A DNA stretch of 54,222 bases, counting the filler, from Sphacelaria rigidula (taxonomy: Eukaryota), in the NCBI GenBank assembly GCA_964200075.2. It is 5 parts of 5 records of this genome, joined end to end, with 100 filler letters (N's around TTAATTAATTAA, not from the genome) between each part and the next. Parts side by side here need not be neighbours in the genome. Positions count along the whole stretch, not along the records: positions 21,731 to 32,494 come from CAXNAA020005957.1; positions 32,595 to 43,358 come from CAXNAA020005958.1; 3 more parts are not named here. One strand, written 5' to 3'. The translations under genes and the position numbers were made by a program. A model generated the notes under the pieces. That model saw only the letters and a program-made list of their open reading frames with translations, made no database searches and was not told the origin of the DNA. Every line of letters begins with the position of its first letter. Position 1 is the first letter of the stretch. Positions 23,850 to 35,665 of the stretch are shown in pieces.

Positions 23850-24023
23850 GGAGAGCTCGCGACGCGACTGTCGAATATCCGGGCGATGCGAGGGGCGAAA
23901 AAGGAGGTTCTGAAGCTACTAACTACGTTTGTCGAGAAGGCGGGGCCGCCGGAGGCGCCCCCGCTGCAAGTGGCTCAGAATTTTTTGCCGCCGATGCTGG
24001 ACCCGATACTGGGCGACTACCAC
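23850..24023 (+). CDS. XPO1: Exportin-1 (CRM1), internal exon; 5' part of the gene not seen on this scaffold
   Basis: CAG/GTGAG boundaries; [30 protein letters not shown]...[14 protein letters not shown] (CRM1 C-terminal domain). Confidence 0.9.
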
Positions 24024-25254
24024 GTGAGGCTCGTGCAGGGAGGGTGCTCCTGGTTGATTCGTGTTTTTGTCAAGTCATTATCCGATTGGGGGCTTTTGGT
24101 TCCTGACGGTTCATGCCCATTCGTGGAAGTTGTTGAGTATTCCGTGTGTGGTTGGGCCACGTCGTTGCTCTCTGCGTCAAAAATCCACACACTCTGAACA
24201 ATCGATTTCATTGTTCAAAAGTGTACTGCGTACAGTATGGAATCTAATGTCTTCGCAAATAGACACAATCGTCGATACTGTACGCAGTACACTTTATGGC
24301 ACTGTCATTGTTTGTCCAGGGTGTGCAAAAATCGGCGACGTCGTGGGTTCTGGATTAAGCCAATCTTGGAACGAGTATTGGACCACCCTGTTACTGAAAA
24401 GTCTTTGGTTCATGACGTAAAAGCATCGACTGCGGTGTGCAGGAAATTGGGGGGGGGGCATTTCCGCCCACCTGTTTTTTTTCACCACCCCGTTTCTTGG
24501 ATTTGCAGTGGCCATGGCACATTCCGTGTGGAACACAGTGATGCTATACGGTAGGGGTACACGTTCTTGGCCTGAACTTGTCTCAGGTATGTTCATGTTG
24601 CGAAGAATACCATTACCCTACAGAACGCAACCTTGAAAACGTGCACATGCCCCTCCCTCAACCAAGGCAACACAGCAGGCTGTTGCTGCACGCCAATTGG
24701 TGGAGAGTTCCACTGTATGCCAGCACTTGTGCTATGTCCTCCCACGAAGACCACCCTCTGAAACCTGGAGAGATTGTCATGAGACAAATGTTGGAACAGA
24801 AACCATTGGGTTCCGGAGGGTGAACGTTTCTTGTTTTGTTTCGTAAGCGCGTGAGGCTGTTGCATTGAATTCACTGTCGCTGAGGATTATACGTCAGTCG
24901 GCTGCTAGACCGCACACGGAAAGTCTTCAATGAAGTTGGTGATCCGACGCACGAGGTCGTGCGTGTATGGGCAAATCATACCATCGTATAAGGAGACGTG
25001 TAGGGCCGATCCTGTAAAGATCGGCGATTTTCGGTCGACGCATGTATGTAGTCATGTGCCGCCAGCCTTTTGAGAAGGCGGGTGTTGCTTTATTGCTGAT
25101 CAATGGTTTTTATTGAGACGTTTTCGCATATACCCACTGTTGTCGCGTGCTTTCCATTGCTTCCCCTCGTGTTGTGAATCGATCGGCGTGGCTGTTGCTG
25201 TTTGTTTGTCCGTCTACTGGAACTGGATTGAAATGAAAAAACAAAACGAAATAG

Positions 25255-25404
25255 AGGAACATCGCGGGGGCGAGAGATCCTGAGGTGTTGTCTCTATTCG
25301 CGCAAGCGATAGAGAAGCTAGGGGAGAACGTTGCGCAGTACGTGCCGAGGATTATGGAGGCTGTGTTCGAGTGCACGCTGCTCATGATCACGCGCAACTT
25401 CGAG
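25255..25404 (+). CDS. XPO1: Exportin-1 exon
   Basis: [23 protein letters not shown]...[18 protein letters not shown]. Confidence 0.92.
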
Positions 25405-26055
25405 GTGGGTACGGTTGATGCGGTTCATGTTGCATGTGGGGGTACTCGTTTTTTGTGTGCAGTATGTATGTGATGCATGTATAGCTGGTGTCCGATGAGA
25501 AGACCCTCAAGCGTTGTACACACTGCTTTGTCGTGGTGGGTGGGACGTGTTGAAATATGGATCCGTCAATTATCCTGCGGTATATCTAACCCTTCGCGTC
25601 AGTTCCAACGTAATTTTGTGGATGACTGCTTTACTGTTTGAGGGGGGACGGTGGACGACTATCCTCGATCGTTCGCCCTGTCTTCCCGTCACAAAAGCAC
25701 GCGTCATGGTTGAGCAGCATCCTTTTTTTCTGGCAGTGGGCAGAAATAGTTGTGCATACACGTGTCGTTTGGGCGACCCTACTTGTCGAGTGTTTTTTTT
25801 CGTGGCGGATCGCCGATATGTATATATACTTCGGGACAAGTCGCATGTGGCATCGATACACCACCCTGCACCAGCGCGTAGACGCTCTGTACATATTGCA
25901 ACAGCTTCCGTCTCCCCCGTAGGTAAAACGTTCAGCAACCCGGCGTCACGTTCTCCATTTTAATTCAATAACTACCCCGTGACTCGATATTTGCCCCCGC
26001 TTCGTGTTGTTTCTTGTTTTTTTCTCATGTTTGTATTTGTTGGCGTCTGTTTCAG

Positions 26056-26206
26056 GACTTCCCGGAGCACCGGTTGAAGTTCTTCCGGTTCTTGAAAGCG
26101 GTGAACACACACTGCTTTAAGACGCTATTCGAGATCCCGCCAGAACACCAGAAACTCGTGGTGGACAGCGTGGTCTGGGCATTTAAGCACACGGAGCGTA
26201 ATATCG
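26056..26206 (+). CDS. XPO1: Exportin-1 exon
   Basis: [29 protein letters not shown]...[18 protein letters not shown]. Confidence 0.95.
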
Positions 26207-26968
26207 GTATGTTCGGTGTCGTCGTTACTATTGTTGCTGCTGCCATCATTTGCCTTTGCTTTGCTCGTGATACTCATGATGCATATATATTTGCGGAGAT
26301 GCATATTTGCACAGTATACGAGAGTAATGCCGCGATGTTCCCCCCCCCCCCCCCCCCCCCCCCCCCCACCCCCCCCACACACCATCCCAGCCCACCGGCC
26401 NNNNNNNNNNTTTTTACTCCAGATGCATCATAGGTGGGGGGGGTGCCTTTTGCGCCGAGAAACGAGGGAACTGCCCGGAGTTCCCCCCCCCCCCCCCCCC
26501 TGTCCCAAGCCAGCCCCGAAACCGTCACGAAGAAAACGGTCATGTAGCGCATGTTAGCTAGTTTCAGACTGCATGAGGCGCCTTATATGGACGGCATTAG
26601 CTGAAATTCTCCGAAGCGTGGGAGTTCTCAGCTGCTCGGTGTGCTCTGCATGTTCATCAAATACATGAAGAGTTTGCCTCCTTGAACCAGCCACTTCAGT
26701 TGGGAGAGCTATCGCGGCATCACTCATAATACGCAAGTGTTCGACGGGTTTTCACGACTTTTTCGTCAGTCTTCAGGGTGGTATGATGGTAGCGATGCCT
26801 CGGTTTTTCCGTTCGTCTGCTGGCTGGTAGCTATGGTTGTTGTTGATGGCACGGGCGTTATGGGTAATTGGTTAGTGGTGTGTTCGTTGTGCTTCTTACA
26901 TGTGCAAATTGTTTTATTTTGTCCCATCGCGTGCCGGATTTCTCGTCGTCTGCGTATGAACACGACAG

Positions 26969-27072
26969 CGGAAACTGGGCTTGAGATCTTGTACGAGCTG
27001 CTTCTTAATGTGGGAAGGACACCGTCTGTCGCGCAGGGGTTTTATCGCCAGTTCCTCCTGTCTCTGATACAG
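26969..27072 (+). CDS. XPO1: Exportin-1 exon
   Basis: CAG/GTACG; phase-compatible (A)[14 protein letters not shown]...[14 protein letters not shown]. Confidence 0.92.
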
Positions 27073-27389
27073 GTACGCGTAGCAGCGAGTTTCGCGCCCG
27101 TCGTATATAGCACAGCACTTATTTTGGGCAGTTTGTGATGTTGCGTATTTCCCCCCTTTTTTCTGCAGTAAGGGGTAATATAATATACTTTTAATAATGA
27201 ACATTAAATGTTTGAGGATGGGATGGGATGGGGTTTTTGTTGTTCTCGGACAAGCAGAAGATAATGTGTAGGTGATTGATAGGAGTACCTTCGTTGAAAA
27301 AAATATCGTGTAGGCCAGAGCTTTGCAGAAATTCCGTGCTGGGTATAAGTATGGCATTTTCTAAACAATGGAAAGATGGAATATAGTAC

Positions 27390-27642
27390 GGTCCGGACGA
27401 ATCACCGCCGGTTCGAATCACCAAATCCACGATATTTCAGGTCTGGTTTCTCGGAAGAGAGAGAGAAAGTCGAAGGCTCGTCAAAAGGGCCTCCGCGCAA
27501 TTTTTGCGCCATTCCGCGTCCCTGGGCTGAGCGTGCCTGACTTGCAACGCTGAAAACAAAGCCCAAGGAAGTGTTCATACGGTACGACTCAATTACACTT
27601 TAATAAGGTAATCTCCAGACGAATCATTTATTTATCCGACCC
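27390..27642 (+). mobile_element. ~250-bp MITE, copy 1 (intronic in XPO1)
   Basis: Ends resemble GG.CGGACGAATCA...TGATT.GTCCGACCC; homologous to 50379-50631 and 53181-53427. Confidence 0.7.
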
Positions 27643-27926
27643 GTGAAATTTAGCTCGTGAGCTATTTCTTTCCCAAGCCTTGCATGCGTGTTTTTTAACT
27701 GATCTAGGTGTTTTTCCAGGGTTGTTGAGAACAGCGCATTCGAGTGTGTCTAAGACATGTATTCCTCACGCACAGTCTCACATATGGGGTTGCGCTTTCT
27801 TGGTCAGTAGATGTCTGCTATGTTTTTTGCCATGTCTGGTTAATGTCGTCGTCGTTGTTGATGCGCGCGCGTGTGTGTCTGTGTGTGTGTTCGCCTTTTT
27901 TATTCCATGCTGGTATTTGTTCGCAG

Positions 27927-28070
27927 GACATACTGGCGGTGATGACAGACCGACTACACAAGAGCGGCTTTAAGATGCACGCCACTCTGCTCCGGCACAT
28001 GTTCCAGCTCGTCGAAGGGGGCCACGTCACTCTCGAGCTCTACGACGTCACGCAACACCCAGCCGTCACG
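27927..28070 (+). CDS. XPO1: Exportin-1 exon
   Basis: [38 protein letters not shown]... Confidence 0.92.
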
Positions 28071-29364
28071 GTACGTTACCGTTATTCCAGGATATTTTTT
28101 TCCCGGAGAGACGCGTGGGGATGTCAGGCGGGGGGGTGGGAGGCAGGAGCAGAGTTATGACAGTGTGGATTAAAGCTTCAGTTCGTGTGGGTATGGGTCA
28201 GAGAGGGTACACAGGTGTCCCCGCTTCAAAACGGTCCTATATATGGCGGGGCCCCTATTGACGGTGATGAAAATTGACTCGCATCATCATTCCTCCGGTA
28301 TTGGGGCCCAACCCACTCCAAGGCTGAGTTGCATTGGAAGGCTTCCAATTTTTGCTTCTACTGAACGTCCCCATTGTACTCGACATTCCTGCAGCTCTTC
28401 AACCGTGCACCCTGTTATAGGGTATATGTCAGTTAGGTTTGGGAGGTCAGCATGTCTGGCGGGCCTCCACTGTTGGGCGCGCGGGAGGTGGGGTCGTGAC
28501 AGATGAGTTACAGTTAGTGGCAAGGGTCTGTATCACCCGAAGCAATGTTGTCTTTGTGTGACTACCCACCCGCGCGTGCAAAAGGAAATGAGGATGTCGT
28601 GGTATGCCACGAGCCACCATTCCGCAGGCCTGAAACAGGGTTTATATTAATATGTGCTCGAAGGTAGAGGGGCTTGAGTGGCCAGTCGAGGCAGTAACGA
28701 TGCTCGGAAGGGAGAACGAGGCATCATCATCCCGCGGGGCCTGGAACATGACAGCTGTACACGGGCGACAGGAAATGTGTCTTGATTCGAATGTGGCTTG
28801 TGGAAGCGGTCATGTACGATACTAGAAAATTGTAATGTTTTATGAGGACGCGCACTGTACGAGAGTCAGCATCCCCAGCGATGAGAGGTTGGGACGTCTC
28901 ACACTTGATTCATTAATACTTTTATTGTGTTGTATATGGTTTGGAACGACCAGCTTTTTTTTTTCCACGCCCGCAAGGCATGGGACATGCGTGTTGAATC
29001 TCTTGGCCATATTTGCACTTTTATTGGCCGTGGGATAAGGCCCGTATTTCCGCGGGTGACTCCGTAGACAGGGATCTAGCGTTCCCTAGAATCTATTAAC
29101 CCGTTTGGGCGGGTCCGTATGCGTACACGACGTGCATGGGGACATCCCCACCGAGTATTGACGCATCCTTGTGCCCCTTAGCGTTTTCTGTGCGCGTCAC
29201 CCCCTTTTGTCCCTTGTTTTGCTTGAGCTTGCGACCTGTGCGTGCTGATCGTGCACCGCTGCGCGTTCTCGACTTCTTTTATGTCTCTGTTCGGTTGTAT
29301 ATCTTGTGTCTTCGTTCGTTCTGTGCCGTTTTCTTCGTCTTCGATTCGTTGTTCCGCTTGACAG

Positions 29365-29529
29365 AGCAACCGACAGTACGTGGCGGACTTCGTGGGAAAT
29401 TTGCTGATTTCTTCTTTCCCAAACCTCACCAAGGCGCAAGTAGCCGGGTTCGTGACGGGGCTGTTGAACGCGGGCATGGATCTTACGACATTCAAGCTGC
29501 ACCTCAGAGACTTCCTTGTAACCCTTAAG
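29365..29529 (+). CDS. XPO1: Exportin-1 exon
   Basis: CAG/GTGAA; SNRQYVADFVGNLLISSFPNL...FKLHLRDFLVTLK. Confidence 0.92.
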
Positions 29530-30212
29530 GTGAAACGTTGTTGCTTGTTCTCGTTGTTTCTCACATTGGCCGTTATGCAAGAACTAGCGCCTCTGGTCAC
29601 AAACCCGTGGCACACAAGTATGTAGCGGCGGTTTCTGGTGATGACTCGAAGAGGAGAGCAACGGCGTAACGACAAAAAGCGCTCTCAGTTTTTCCTGTAT
29701 TCGACTGGATCTCCACGTTTGCTGAATATCGCTCACGTATCGTGCTTATTTTTTTTTTTACTCAATGTGGCGAATGGTTACCATGACTGCGGTTGAAGAC
29801 ATCATCTCCCCGCAAAAGTGTGGGCTGTAATTTGTGTGCAGTAACTGTAACAAGCTAGTAATGTTGCCGGCTAGCCATGGACGCTAGTTTATTCATTCGT
29901 TGCTGTGGACGGGCTGAAGTATACGCCGATTTTGTTCGTCTTGGTAAACCTGGTCAGTCCGGTCAGTCTTGCATTGAAGAACACGGAATCTGAAAGCTTG
30001 ACGTACCGTGTATTCAGGTGGTAGGTACGACTAGCACTTCCACCCACTCTTCGTTAACGTGGAAAATTGACGCCGTTATGGTACACTCCCTTTCAATGTC
30101 CAACCGAAAACGAGCTAACTTCTTGGCTCTCACACTGTGAAGTGGAATGGGCAAAAAGTTGCCGGCCTTGGGAGTTATACATGCAACCTTACCACGTAAG
30201 GACGGGGGGGGG

Positions 30213-30241
30213 TGTACTCATGATCATGCATGCCATAGTCA
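30213..30241 (-). mobile_element. ~29-bp LINE family B 3' end with 14-bp TSD (intronic)
   Basis: Reverse complement TGACTATGGCATGCATGATCATGAGTACA flanked by TAAGGACGGGGGGG at 30197-30210 and 30242-30255. Confidence 0.75.
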
Positions 30242-30473
30242 TAAGGACGGGGGGGAGGGGGGTTGAACCTACTTCCATATGAGACGACGGAGCACGTGCC
30301 TTGCTATGGTAAATGAAAGTTGGCGAAGTACTGACTGCCCTACAGTTCCGTATTTTTTTCCCTCTTGTCTTGGCTATTTTCTGTTTTGCATCTCAATTTG
30401 GATTGCTTACATGCACGTTTGTGTTGTTTCCTTCCCTGCTGGCGGGGGGGGGGGCGGGGGTTGTTGTTTGCAG

Positions 30474-30626
30474 GAGTTCTCAACGGAAGATAACGCGGAT
30501 CTGTTCTACGAGGAGAACATGGCCAAGAAACGGGAGGACGAGGAGAAAGCTAGACGAGCGCAGCTCGCCGTGCCGGGGTTGGTGAACCCCCACGATCGAC
30601 CTGAGGATGACATGGCAGACCTGTGA
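30474..30626 (+). CDS. XPO1: Exportin-1 terminal exon
   Basis: CAG acceptor; EFSTEDNADLF.EE...AVPGLVNPHDRPEDDMADL* matches the CRM1 C-terminal tail. Confidence 0.93.
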   Translation, partial: EFSTEDNADLFYEENMAKKREDEEKARRAQLAVPGLVNPHDRPEDDMADL

Positions 30627-31568
30627 TGGTCCGCCACTCCTATACTGTTCTAGTACACGGTTTTAACCTTCTTTGTTTGCTCCCGTACCGCGCGCGCTCA
30701 TCGCACTGTCACTGTTGGGACGGCTGAGCGGGAGGGGGGGGGGGGGGGGGGGGGGTGGGGATGGGGGCGATCACTCTCTCATACAGGGATTATGTTGTCA
30801 CGCAGCTCATTTGTACCAACAATTATTGTTCCATATCGGTAGACACAGGCCGAGAGGCCGTGGTGGTTATTGCGCCGCCGGAGTTGTGTGCAACCCGCGG
30901 TAAATGTTCCCGCTCACCCCATTTCTGCCGTCGTTGAGCAGGCTGGTTGGGGCTCAAGTAGCGGTTGAGCAGGTATCGTGTGCGTGTGGGGGAGGGTACG
31001 GGATGTGATCGTTTAGCTATTTTTTACCCGTTCAAGCTTTGCCCCCTTGAAGCGCCTTTGAACGAGGTAGCTGAAATTAGGAGTCGGCCTTGCTTGTTAT
31101 CATGTGGGGGTTGTTTTGTTTCCTTCCCCCCCCTCCCTCGTTTCTTTGCCCCCAGTCGCTCTACGCGCTCCGCCCCCGGCCTGCCGATGGTGGTAACGGC
31201 AGCATGGTCCGTTTGTCCGTGTGTGTGTTTGTGCGTGTGTGTGTGTGTTCTCCGTTTGCCACACAAGCAATCGTGACAAACGGCCGTGGAAGTAGTTTTG
31301 TTCCCCAAAGGCGAAGGAGTCGCGGGAGCTACAGTGTATGTGGGAGTCGGAGAGGTGCCGCATGGATTTCGTTTCGTGGGCGACATGAATAAGGGCTGCG
31401 GACGTTTCGAGTTGGATGCATGTGCTGTGTGGATGGTGGGGGGGGGGGGGGGGGGGGGGGGCAGGAAAAATGTTGGGGGGGGTTTGTGTGGGGGTTTTAG
31501 GGAGAGGAGAGGGNNNNNNNNNNGGAGGAGGGGGGGGTGGTGTGGGGGGGGGGGGGTGGGGGGGTGGG

Positions 31569-31601
<33 letters not shown>

Positions 31602-32494
31602 GTTACTAAACATGCTGTAGAGGTTATGTGTTCGTGTTGAGTGAGTAGCGCAGGATCTGGGCAGCTGTGTTTCGCGTGAAAACGGAACCAGTGGAAGTGA
31701 GGTTGTGGCACCAAAGGGTACTTTGAATGTACATGCGAGTGCACACACGAGAAATGCATGGGGGACCCCTGCAGCACACGCTAAAATGCATGGAGTGTTA
31801 CTTTTGTACCTCCTTTTATTTCGTCACGTCGGCTCTGTTCGGTGCTCTTGGCTTTCCAAATGCCTTGCCGTGCCCCGCCGCGTCCGGCGTCCGGTCGCTC
31901 TCTCCTTCAACTGATCGAATTTGACGGAGGTGCACAGGATGCGGAGGGTGTTAGCCTTTCATCCACATGTTTGTGGTGAGGATTGTTGGTGGCTCTGATG
32001 TTCTTCCGTACAGCGGTGTACATCAAGAAGGGTACAAGTTCTAAATACCCAGGAGGGAGAAAAAAATAAACTATAAACAAAAGCAGAGAAGAGAGTGGGT
32101 AAGGCGGTGATATCGTATTGTTTTTCCGGTGCCGGTGATCAATGGTAAGAATTATTGACAGGGAAGGAAGTTCGCTAAATAGTTGATGCAGGATGGTGAT
32201 GATAAATATGATGGAGACGGAGACGACGAGGGCATCAGAGACAAAGGGAATATTATAGGAACGGGGGTAATGAGCAAATGCCTCCTCCATCACAACAACC
32301 CATACTGTTACATGTATGTATATATATATATATATACATATATTTCACGCGCTTTGTTCATGCTCATTCGCTATTGAATCAATTTCCGTGGACCAAAGAT
32401 CATTCTGCATGACTGAGGAATGGCCCTCTACGGGTAACAGTGTTTTCGTGAGATTGAGAGTAGATGATACGATTGAGAGTGGCTTTGATCATTC

Positions 32495-32594
32495 NNNNNN
32501 NNNNNNNNNNNNNNNNNNNNNNNNNNNNNNNNNNNNNNTTAATTAATTAANNNNNNNNNNNNNNNNNNNNNNNNNNNNNNNNNNNNNNNNNNNN
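32495..32594. other. Artificial scaffold linker
   Basis: 44N-TTAATTAATTAA-44N. Confidence 0.97.
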
Positions 32595-32950
32595 GTGCTT
32601 GCCTTAGTCGTTTGACCATTGCCCACGCATCCCTTTTAAGACGCAGCACCGTTTCTACTCCTAATAGAGCCACCTCCAACATTCCGGCGCTCATTACGTT
32701 TTTTCCATACATCGCACAAAACCTTTTACATATCTTATCCCCTCCTCTTTCGCCGTCTCTGGCCACCATCCATCTCCTAGTATAGCCATCGTTTTCTCGC
32801 TACTGTCCAATGCATCAAAAGATTTCATGCAATCTTCGTTCACTCCCCGTGTTTCCCCCTCTAGCACGTCCCGTTCCTCCTTGTATTGTTCACATTCTGC
32901 CACTGTATGATTTCTGCTCTTTATTCCTTTGCCACAAAGGCAGTTCTGTC
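32595..32950 (-). mobile_element. LINE family A, longest copy (ORF C-terminus with CCHC knuckle)
   Basis: CLCGKGIKSRNHTVAEC (C-x-C...H-x4-C) followed by ILGDGWWP and the family A terminal motif. Confidence 0.75.
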
Positions 32951-33144
32951 CATATACTCTTTCGGGGGGGGGGGGGGGGGACCCGTTGTGGCTGAGCTTT
33001 ATTTTTTTACACTTGTTTGTGGCCCCCCTTTGAGAGAGAACCAGCTTCCTACTCCNNNNNNNNNNGGAGTGGCTGTGCTCCATCGTTCGCCGGGCGGCGC
33101 GCCTCAGCCCCGTGGAGATCGGGGAGGGGGGGAGGGGGGCCCGC

Positions 33145-33248
33145 GTACTCATTTGCTGCTTGCCTTAATCGTTTGACCATTGGTCATGCATCCCTTTCGA
33201 GACGAAGCACCGTTCCTACTCCTAATAGAGGCATCTCCAACATTCCGC
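33145..33248 (-). mobile_element. LINE 3' end, family A
   Basis: Reverse complement of the family A terminus between G-rich near-repeats. Confidence 0.7.
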
Positions 33249-35187
33249 CTCGGATGGGGGAGGGTATGTAGGGCACATGACTTCTTGTCAGATGAATCTT
33301 ACTCGATAGTGGTGGAGGAAAGTAAGTGCTGGTAAACAACCGACGCGCTAGTAGTTACTGTGGGCCATTCCAAGGGCTTCCGCCAAGTGCTTCTTGACCT
33401 GCGGGACCGTCAAACCGCGATAATCCGTCGAACGGTCTGCCGTCCACCGTGACTACAAAGCAAAGATTTCGTACGCACACAACGATTGGAGTGATTTGAG
33501 TTGCTCAAGTATATAAACGACCATCAACAACACGGCACAAAGCTCTCAGTGTTGTGCGGGAGGTATCGACTGACAACGGTATGTCCTCTGCTGCTTGATT
33601 TCCGTTGCTTTCCCGGCGGAGTTCCTCTGTCACCTTTCACACATTTTCAAGCCATTGAGGAAGGCATGCCCAGCCACGGCACAGGAATAGGAATCACACC
33701 TGACGTATCGCTGGGTACATTTTGAGTTTCTGTTCTGACTTTTGTTTGGACAGTTACTCTCTAGTCAAAGCGAGAGCACTGTCCAGACGAAAGTCAATTC
33801 GGAGACCCAAAATGTCCGCACCGATCGCTCGGGTGTGGTTTCTATGGCAGATCGGATACAACCATTGCTAAAGCTGGGAATGTCTTCCATCATGGCCTAC
33901 AAAATTGCGCAAGATGGATAGAAATCACACGGAAAACACGAACAAGAGAAGAAGCAGTGGGGACAATACCTTTGATAATCGGTCGTTTTCACACAACATA
34001 ACACGGCATCACTGGACAAGCCCCGTCGTACGCCAACGGAAAATGGACGCGCGACCAAGCGACTGTCCAACAACCACCCCCCAGATCGTATTCTTCCGTC
34101 TTATCCACCGCCAGAACGAGTTATCCCGGCCCCCACTCACCCAACTCGCCCTTGCGCCAGTTTGCACGATCGCTTCTGGACAGGAAAGTTGCAAAAGGGC
34201 TCTCGCTACCCCCAGCCTCTCGACCTCGATCGTGTCGTCGGCCTCGATAGAGATGGCGGCCGCTGGAGTCTCCGCCGCCACCATCGAGCGGATCCATGCC
34301 CACATTGGGCCCTGCATTTCCCCACATGTACACAGTCGATATTGGTGTTGCGTTGTTGCAGGAGGGAGGGGCATCGTGGACCTACGGTGAGAGCTGTGTG
34401 TCGCACGTACGCAACCCGACGCAAGCTGTATGCACTTCGGGTGCACTCATTGTTCGTTCTATAGACATCGACATGCAATGCCGAGAGCCATCGTTGGTGT
34501 GTTGCAGGACCAATACATCTGCTCTCGCTTGCCGCAGAGGCGGTCAAACGCCGGTCGTTAGCACAGTATACAGCAGTATGTCAAACAAAACAATACAACC
34601 CCTCACTCGCTTTGGTCCGCGAACATATAAACGCACAATCGACATCATCAACCGAATGCCGAACGGCTGTGACGACACAACGTTCATGCTCACTACAACC
34701 ACAATTGAAAATGAAGATGGCTTTGCCTTACCCGTGACAAATCCCGTCTCATGCACGATAAAGGATTTGTAGTTGTCACTCAACCGAATGTAGTCCTAGT
34801 CTGGACGGCGTGTTGTTGTCAGTAACTTCATGGTGTTCCCCAACTAATGTATTCTGTACTCGATACATGCCTAGCACGAGCGTCGGGACCTCAGCAAGTA
34901 AACGTGGAACGCTGAAGGTTGACGCTCTCAATCATCTCATGTGACGTGATCTCTTGAAAACTCTCGCGTTGCCACACACAGGTGTACCTCAACACGCGCC
35001 CAACGCTACAAATTACTTGGACCGGATCCCGAAGCTCGCCCGAGGCATACATCGACTACAAAAAGCAGTGCAGAACAACAAGAGAAAGAGCAAACCAACA
35101 GGCCACATACACCAATGACAAAAGCTGTACGACGTATAGACGCTACAGTAGTTTCCGGCTGAACGGGGGGAAGTTTGTATTCCGTTA

Positions 35188-35665
35188 GTAGTTGGCGATT
35201 TTTCCAAGGGGTCCCGCGTGCCACCTTTTATCGCAGTGAACGTCAGATCCCAAAGATTAGGAATCGGGAGATACCAGCATCTACTCCGCATTCTGAAAAG
35301 AAAACCGTTTCTGACCTCAATATTGAACGACTTGCGGACTGACTGGTTGCCGGGGGTCCTGCAACCACGCAGCCCCAGGCCTCGACCCTTCGGTGATTTT
35401 GCTCACTTGAACCAATCCCAATCGTTCTCATGAACAAATGTGTAGCAAAGTTTTTTCCTGAATTTCTTCCCTGCCATTGCGCTGGAGAACTGAAGAACTT
35501 TGTGTTTTGGACCAGTGACGATCAACCACACCCTCTGATACACGACGTCTCTTCTTTACATCGCCCCGGCTACACGTCAACTGTGGGGTTGTGTACTCAG
35601 CACGACCTGTTTTGGTTTCCCGATTTCTATCGACTTTAGCGCTTTTGAGTGCCAAGGGAGAATAC
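35188..35665 (+). repeat. Dispersed repeat, copy 2 (see 7961-8433)
   Basis: Direct similarity to the copy in piece 1. Confidence 0.65.

Noticed and set aside
26330..26500. Poly-proline/poly-glycine ORFs at 26330-26500, 31435-31600 and 32960-33140
   Set aside because: Poly-C/poly-G tracts beside 10-N gaps; low-quality homopolymer sequence in intronic or intergenic DNA
27405..27425. tRNA gene suggested by GGTTCGAATC
   Set aside because: No cloverleaf, D-arm or acceptor stem; it lies within a dispersed TIR repeat
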